Shown here: positions 58,918-64,000 of the stretch, one piece after another
Position numbering within the stretch: position 1 is the stretch's first letter
Layout: each line of letters opens with the position of its first letter
IMG/VR virus record: IMGVR_UViG_3300017565_000004
Location: 1,049 to 65,048 of that record
DNA from: a virus
Direction: 5' to 3' (one strand)
Length of the DNA stretch: 64,000 nt
Notes under the pieces: model-generated
What the model was told of the DNA's origin: nothing
What the model saw: only the letters and a program-made list of their open reading frames with translations
Database searches by the model: none
Position numbers and translations under genes: made by a program

Positions 58918-59639
58918 CGAAACGATTACTCGGAAGTCTCGAATTAAACCGTATTTATCAGCAAGACTGTATCGAAGGTATGCGTAGGATTCCGGACGGT
59001 AGCGTAAGTCTAGCGATTGTCGATCCGCCGTATGGGATTAACTTTCGAAGTAATCATCGGAAATCAAGTGCCCTCAAAACAACGTCGGGAATAGCTAATG
59101 ACGGAGTAGACAACGCAGACTTTCTCGACAAAGTAATCGTTGAGCTTAATCGAGTCCTATCGCCAAATGCCCATATCTACTGGTTTACGCGGTGGGACAA
59201 AATAGCCGAGCAACAGCCTTTATTGGAACGGTTCTTCCAAGTGAAGAACTCGTTAATCTGGATGAAAAACAACTGGTCGATGGGGGATTTGTTCGGCGCA
59301 TATGCGGGACAGTACGAAAACATACTATTCGCGCAAAAAGGTCGCAGGCTATTAAACGAAGTTGACGGAAAGACGCGCCATCCCGATATACTGCAGTTTG
59401 ACCGCGTGTCCCCGAATAAATTACGCCATAGTCACGAAAAACCGGAGGAGCTTATTGAATTTCTTATATGTAAATCATCCGAAGAGGGCGACGTCGTTAT
59501 CTCGCCGTTCTGCGGTTCCGGTACAGACTGCGTTGCTGCGGCGAAAACGGGGCGTAACTTTATCTCATTTGAGCTTGATCCGGAGCATATCGAAACCGCC
59601 AATAAGCGCTTAGACTCGCTAGAAATTCCGGCAAACTAA
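58914..59639 (+). CDS. DNA amino-methyltransferase (N6A/N4C, beta class)
   Basis: DPPY, HEKP, PFCGSGT. Confidence 0.9.
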   Translation: MTKRLLGSLELNRIYQQDCIEGMRRIPDGSVSLAIVDPPYGINFRSNHRKSSALKTTSGIANDGVDNADFLDKVIVELNRVLSPNAHIYWFTRWDKIAEQQPLLERFFQVKNSLIWMKNNWSMGDLFGAYAGQYENILFAQKGRRLLNEVDGKTRHPDILQFDRVSPNKLRHSHEKPEELIEFLICKSSEEGDVVISPFCGSGTDCVAAAKTGRNFISFELDPEHIETANKRLDSLEIPAN

Positions 59640-59657
59640 CGAAAAGGAGACGGTAAA

Positions 59658-60374
59658 TTGACGAAAGCAAACGTAACACATATCGAACTAAACAACGAGA
59701 TTATGACGCGAGGGGCCGACGGATGGTATCAGCTCGATAAAGACCGCGAGGCCGTCGACGTATTCCTAGCGGAAGTGACCGCGAAAAGCCGCAAGTTTCC
59801 GTCGCAGGCCGCTCGATATCGTTGGCTTATCGACAACGGATATTACGACGATATGCTGGCGTTATATGGCGAGGCGGCGGTCGAGCGCGTCGTTGCCGTA
59901 TGTAATTCGTACGGATTCCGTTTCGCTTCGTATATGGCCGCGTCGAAGTTTTACAAGGATTACGCGTTAAAGACGGATAACAAGGCGGAGTACCTCGAAT
60001 CGTATGCGGAACACGTCGCGCAAGTGGCGTTATATCTCGGACAAGGTGACGCTGCGGCAGCGGAAAGATTCGCGCGGTCAATGATGGAACAGCGGTTGCA
60101 GCCGGCGACACCAACGTTTATGAACGCGGGCCGTGCGAAACGTGGCGAGATGGTATCGTGTTTCCTACTCGAAATGGACGATTCGCTCAATTCGATTAAC
60201 TACGTAATTGCGACGTGTATGCAATTATCGAAGATAGGCGGCGGCGTGGCGGTCAACTTATCGAAACTGCGCGGTCGTGGAGCGCCGATTAAAGGCGTAG
60301 AAGGCGCGGCAAAAGGCGTTATGCCCGTTATGAAGCTGATGGAAGATGCGTTTAGTTACGCAGATCAGATGGGT
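59658..60374 (+). CDS. nrdE: Ribonucleotide reductase class Ib alpha subunit, exon 1
   Basis: QPATPTFMNAG, VSCFL, SKIGGG; ends ADQMG. Confidence 0.93.
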
Positions 60375-61293
60375 TAAATTTGGCCCCTTCCGTTGGTAAC
60401 AGCGGTCGAAAACCTCTCTAATTCATGGGAAACCCAAGCAAGGAGGGCAATCATGAGCGAAGCAAGACAAGTATGGAATAAAGCTGACATTGACGAATCA
60501 TTTATTCGCGATAATTACGGTAGTATGAGCGCAAGAGAAATAGGCGAGATATTAGGGGTGTCTCGCGAATTAATCAACCATAGAGTAAGGTCGTTAGGAC
60601 TGCGGAAAACAAAGATACCATACACGCCGCTAGACGGTGAAGTGCTTGCTTCCATAAAAGGAATAAGTGAGTACGCGGTCTCTAACAAGAGCAGAGTAGT
60701 TAATCTTAAAGAGATGACGCTAGTAAAGCCTAAGATAGATCGGGAAGGATATTGGAAAGTGACGTTATTTATCGATGGAAAACGTTTAGAACGACGATTA
60801 CATCGGATAGTAGCAGAGGCTTTCATTCCCAATCCACTAAATTTACCATTCGTCAATCATATAGACGGTGTTAAAACAAACGCAGAGATAACTAACTTGG
60901 AGTGGGTATCTCCTAAAGGAAACGCAGAACATGCCTCGAAAATCGGGCTACTTGCAAGAGGAGAAGATTCGCCAAATGCGAAGATAACAGAAGATCAAGC
61001 TAAGAGTATTCTAGCTGATTCGATCAACGGTTTAAGTAATGAACAAATACTAGCGAGGCATCCCTATGCCACTAAATCAATTATAGCCAAAATCGCGAAT
61101 AGAACTCGTTGGAAGCATTTATCCTGTACGTCTTGAACGTGCAACGACTAGGCGAGAGCCGTAGGGCGCAAGCGATTGGCGTTCGAAATGGGAGGGGTCC
61201 TGTTCTACAGGATCGTGATATAGTCTGCTCTACATGGGAACATGTAGCTGCCATATGGCGGCATGAGTGTAGCGAACTCATGTGAACACAACG
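60375..61293 (+). mobile_element. Group I intron in nrdE
   Basis: Exon ends in U and intron ends in G; splicing restores DQMG-QRKGSG; R element GCAACGACTA at 61141, S element GATATAGTCT at 61217; P1 GGGU/GGCCC. Confidence 0.92.
60453..61136 (+). CDS. Intron-encoded HNH homing endonuclease (NUMOD4-HNH)
   Basis: YAVSN, LHRIVAEAFIPNP, VNHIDGVKTN..NLEW. Confidence 0.9.
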   Translation: MSEARQVWNKADIDESFIRDNYGSMSAREIGEILGVSRELINHRVRSLGLRKTKIPYTPLDGEVLASIKGISEYAVSNKSRVVNLKEMTLVKPKIDREGYWKVTLFIDGKRLERRLHRIVAEAFIPNPLNLPFVNHIDGVKTNAEITNLEWVSPKGNAEHASKIGLLARGEDSPNAKITEDQAKSILADSINGLSNEQILARHPYATKSIIAKIANRTRWKHLSCTS

Positions 61294-62676
61294 CAAAGAA
61301 AAGGAAGCGGCGCGGCTTACTACAATATTTTCGGATGGGACGTTATCGAGTTCCTGGATTCGAAGAAAATTAACGCAGATGAGAAATCCCGCATCAAAAC
61401 GTTATCAATCGGCTTAATCGTACCGGATAAGTTTTACGAACTGGCACGCGAAAACAAAGCGTTATACGTGTTCGAACCTTACTCCGTATACAAGACGTTT
61501 GGCGTGCATTTAGACGACGTAAATATGACGGATATGTACGACGTACTCCTGCAGAATCCGAACGTAGTTAAACGCCGCGTTATGATGGCCCGCGATATGT
61601 TAACGAAGATTGCGACGATCCAGCTCGAATCCGGATATCCGTACATTGCGAATATCGATAACGCAAACGGACAGCACGCTAATAAAGAACTCGGTCGCGT
61701 GAAGATGTCGAATCTCTGTACGGAAATTTTTCAGCTACAGGAGACGTCCACGATTACGGATTACGGGGAGCCGGATGTTATTCGTCGCGATATTTCGTGT
61801 AACCTCGCATCGCTCAACATTGTCAACGTTATGGAATCCGGTAAGCTGCGCGAATCTGTTCACGAAGGCATGGACGCGTTAACGGTCGTAACCGATCAGT
61901 CGGCCGTGGCTAATGCGCCAGGCGTCCGTAAAGCTAACCGCGAGCTGCATTCCGTCGGCCTCGGCGTAATGAATCTTAACGGATTCCTTGCGAAGAATAA
62001 GATAACGTACGAGTCAGCCGAAGCCCGCGACTTCTGCCGGACATTCTTCGCGGCTATGAACTATTATTCGTTAGAACGTTCGATGCAGATCGCCCGCGAA
62101 CGGGGCGTGACGTACGAAGGATTCGAAAAGTCCGATTATGCGTCCGGTAAGTATTTCGAGCGCTACTTGGCGGAAGATTTCGTGCCAAAAACGGAACGAG
62201 TGCGAGAGTTGTTCGCTGGCTTTACGTTACCGTCGCGGTATGAGTGGGCAGCGCTGTCTGCTGACGTTGCGGAGTACGGGCTATATCACGCGTACCGCCT
62301 AGCGATTGCACCTACGCAAAGTATATCGTATATCCAAAACGCCACGTCGTCCGTTATGCCGATTGTCGAGCATATCGAAACGCGTACGTACGCTAACTCT
62401 ACTACGTTTTACCCGATGCCGTATCTATCGCAGGATAACTTCTTCTTCTACAAATCCGCGTATAACATCGATCAATTTAAGCTTATCGATTTGATTGCGG
62501 AGATACAGCCGCATTGCGATCAAGGCATTAGTACGGTGCTTCACGTTAACTCGGACGTGACGACGCGTGAACTAGCGAGACTGTACGTATATGCGCATCA
62601 TCGCGGATTGAAGTCACTTTATTATACCCGTACGAAGCGCTTGTCGGTCGAGGAATGTACGAGTTGCGCGGTTTAA
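61294..62676 (+). CDS. nrdE: Ribonucleotide reductase class Ib alpha subunit, exon 2
   Basis: MSNLCTE, SCNLAS, IAPT, SLYY, C-terminal CTSC. Confidence 0.93.
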   Translation, partial: QRKGSGAAYYNIFGWDVIEFLDSKKINADEKSRIKTLSIGLIVPDKFYELARENKALYVFEPYSVYKTFGVHLDDVNMTDMYDVLLQNPNVVKRRVMMARDMLTKIATIQLESGYPYIANIDNANGQHANKELGRVKMSNLCTEIFQLQETSTITDYGEPDVIRRDISCNLASLNIVNVMESGKLRESVHEGMDALTVVTDQSAVANAPGVRKANRELHSVGLGVMNLNGFLAKNKITYESAEARDFCRTFFAAMNYYSLERSMQIARERGVTYEGFEKSDYASGKYFERYLAEDFVPKTERVRELFAGFTLPSRYEWAALSADVAEYGLYHAYRLAIAPTQSISYIQNATSSVMPIVEHIETRTYANSTTFYPMPYLSQDNFFFYKSAYNIDQFKLIDLIAEIQPHCDQGISTVLHVNSDVTTRELARLYVYAHHRGLKSLYYTRTKRLSVEECTSCAV

Positions 62677-62705
62677 TTAAATAATTCGATAAGGGAGACG
62701 ATACT

Positions 62706-63671
62706 TTGCGTTGTACCAACTGGAATGTACCGGAAGATTACGTTAACACTTTTTGGGATCAAAACTTGCTCCAATTTTGGATAGATACCGAGTTCCCGAT
62801 TTCAGACGATACCGCGGACTGGCACAATGCTTCCGATGCGGAACGTACCGCATATAAGTTCGTACTGGCGGGGCTAACCGGACTTGACACGCAACAGGGC
62901 GGCGAAGGTATGCCACTCCTAGCGGTACACACCGAGGACGGGCGGCAGCGTGCGGTAATGACGTTCATGGGCGCAATGGAGCAGATTCACGCCAAGTCAT
63001 ACTCAACGATATTCACGACGCTGACCACGAGCGAAGATACCTCGTATTTACTCGATGAGTGGGCGCCAACACAGCCGAACTTACGTTATAAATCGGATCG
63101 TATCGGAAATTACTATCGCGCACTATTAAAGCCGGCACCGACCGTATACGAACGATATATGGCGTGCGTGGCTTCGGTATTTCTCGAATCGTTCTTGTTC
63201 TATAGCGGTTTTTATTATCCGCTATATCAGGCAGGACACGGAAAACTAACGACGTCTGGCGAGGTTATCCGCAAAATAATGATCGACGAAAGTATTCACG
63301 GACTCTTCATCGGTTATGTGGCGCAGGAGTTGTACGGACGTCTATCGGAAGCTGAACGAAAACGCGCCGACGAAGAAGTTACGGAGCTACTGACGGATTT
63401 GCACGCCAACGAACTAGAGTACACGCGCGAAATCTACGATCCAATCGGACTAACAGCGGACGTTATTCGTTACGTTGAGTATAACGCTGACCGTGCGTTG
63501 ATGCAGCTCGGATTCGAGGCGCGATTTAATCCGGGACCGTACTCGGCAATCGTAGCTAACGCGGTTAGTGGAGGAACGGTCCATCACGACTTTTTCTCGA
63601 AGAAAGGCGACGGTTACGTTAAAACGATGAATATCGTGCCGTTGACGGACGCCGATTTTATTTTCGATTAA
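62706..63671 (+). CDS. nrdF: Ribonucleotide reductase class Ib beta subunit
   Basis: LD, EQIHAKSY, LESFLFYSGF, DESIHG, FFSKKGDGY. Confidence 0.93.
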   Translation: MRCTNWNVPEDYVNTFWDQNLLQFWIDTEFPISDDTADWHNASDAERTAYKFVLAGLTGLDTQQGGEGMPLLAVHTEDGRQRAVMTFMGAMEQIHAKSYSTIFTTLTTSEDTSYLLDEWAPTQPNLRYKSDRIGNYYRALLKPAPTVYERYMACVASVFLESFLFYSGFYYPLYQAGHGKLTTSGEVIRKIMIDESIHGLFIGYVAQELYGRLSEAERKRADEEVTELLTDLHANELEYTREIYDPIGLTADVIRYVEYNADRALMQLGFEARFNPGPYSAIVANAVSGGTVHHDFFSKKGDGYVKTMNIVPLTDADFIFD

Positions 63672-63707
63672 TGTCCCAATTTCGTAATAACGTGTACTTA
63701 CTATAGT
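63671..63707 (+). promoter_or_regulatory. Phage 37-bp promoter-like motif, copy 3
   Basis: ATGTCCCAATTTCG-taata-ACGTGTACTTACTATAGT. Confidence 0.75.
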
Positions 63708-63760
63708 AGATGGCGGCAGGCGGACGTTAACCGGCTTGCTGCCGAAAAGGAGGCGATTGA

Positions 63761-63979
63761 ATGGCGGTTGTTTACGAAATCTCATACTGGCTTACGTGGG
63801 TACTCGTAATATTGGCGTTTATTGCGGCAATCATCGGCTTTCTAATCGGAATCGTACGTCTGTGGGCGCTATTATTCGAATGGTACTTAGCGGCACGTAA
63901 GCTAAAGGAAATTTACCGCGAGTTTATGGTCGACTATGTACGGAAAAATGGCGGCATTAAAAGGAGGTCGCGCGAATGA
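63761..63979 (+). CDS. Small membrane protein
   Basis: N-terminal TM; RBS AAAGGAGG. Confidence 0.65.
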   Translation: MAVVYEISYWLTWVLVILAFIAAIIGFLIGIVRLWALLFEWYLAARKLKEIYREFMVDYVRKNGGIKRRSRE

Positions 63980-64000
63980 ACGAACTAACGGTTAAAATCC

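Larger units (their letters stand above)
1..64000. mobile_element. Temperate siphovirus genome, excised or circular form, probably Paenibacillaceae host
   Basis: Terminase, portal, capsid, tail, lysis, integrase and replication modules are all present; attP has phage genes on both sides; no host housekeeping block. Confidence 0.95.

Noticed and set aside
59658-62676. nrdE as a pseudogene or intein-split gene
   Set aside because: Group I splice signals restore the frame exactly
62706-63671. Metal-free class Ie beta subunit
   Set aside because: The canonical D/E/H metal ligands and radical Tyr appear intact
63712-63745. GC-rich hairpin as a tRNA
   Set aside because: Single stem with no cloverleaf or T-loop; no tRNA was recognised anywhere in the window

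Overview
The whole window is one temperate siphovirus genome from a Bacillales host, most likely Paenibacillaceae given the Cu-amine-oxidase-N 'stalk' domains and the groEL tail. It is in the excised or virion configuration: an intact attP sits between the endolysin and a tyrosine integrase and carries a replacement 3' end of groEL. The modules are nucleotide metabolism and DNA modification (thyX, dNMP kinase, PAPS-reductase-like protein, multi-TRD C5 methyltransferase), packaging and head, tail, lysis, attP-integrase, early accessory genes, replication (DnaC-like ATPase, DnaB, primase, SSB, PolA, Cas4-like and RuvC-like nucleases), and a class Ib nrdI-nrdE-nrdF operon whose nrdE holds a group I intron. 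The most notable observations are: (1) an unannotated 44-aa gene after the major capsid gene whose sequence is reused (29/38 identical) as the N-terminus of a ~1070-aa GH9-like enzyme, suggesting a capsid-display anchor; (2) a 37-bp promoter-like motif in three copies, one upstream of the phage sigma-like gene, which also faces a consensus antisense sigmaA promoter; (3) a TGAACAGTWCGAC motif punctuating small AT-rich accessory ORFs like cassette junctions; (4) repeated use of ATC/ATA/ACG/CTG start codons; (5) candidate structured ncRNAs. All family calls come from motif recognition by eye; no database searches were run.
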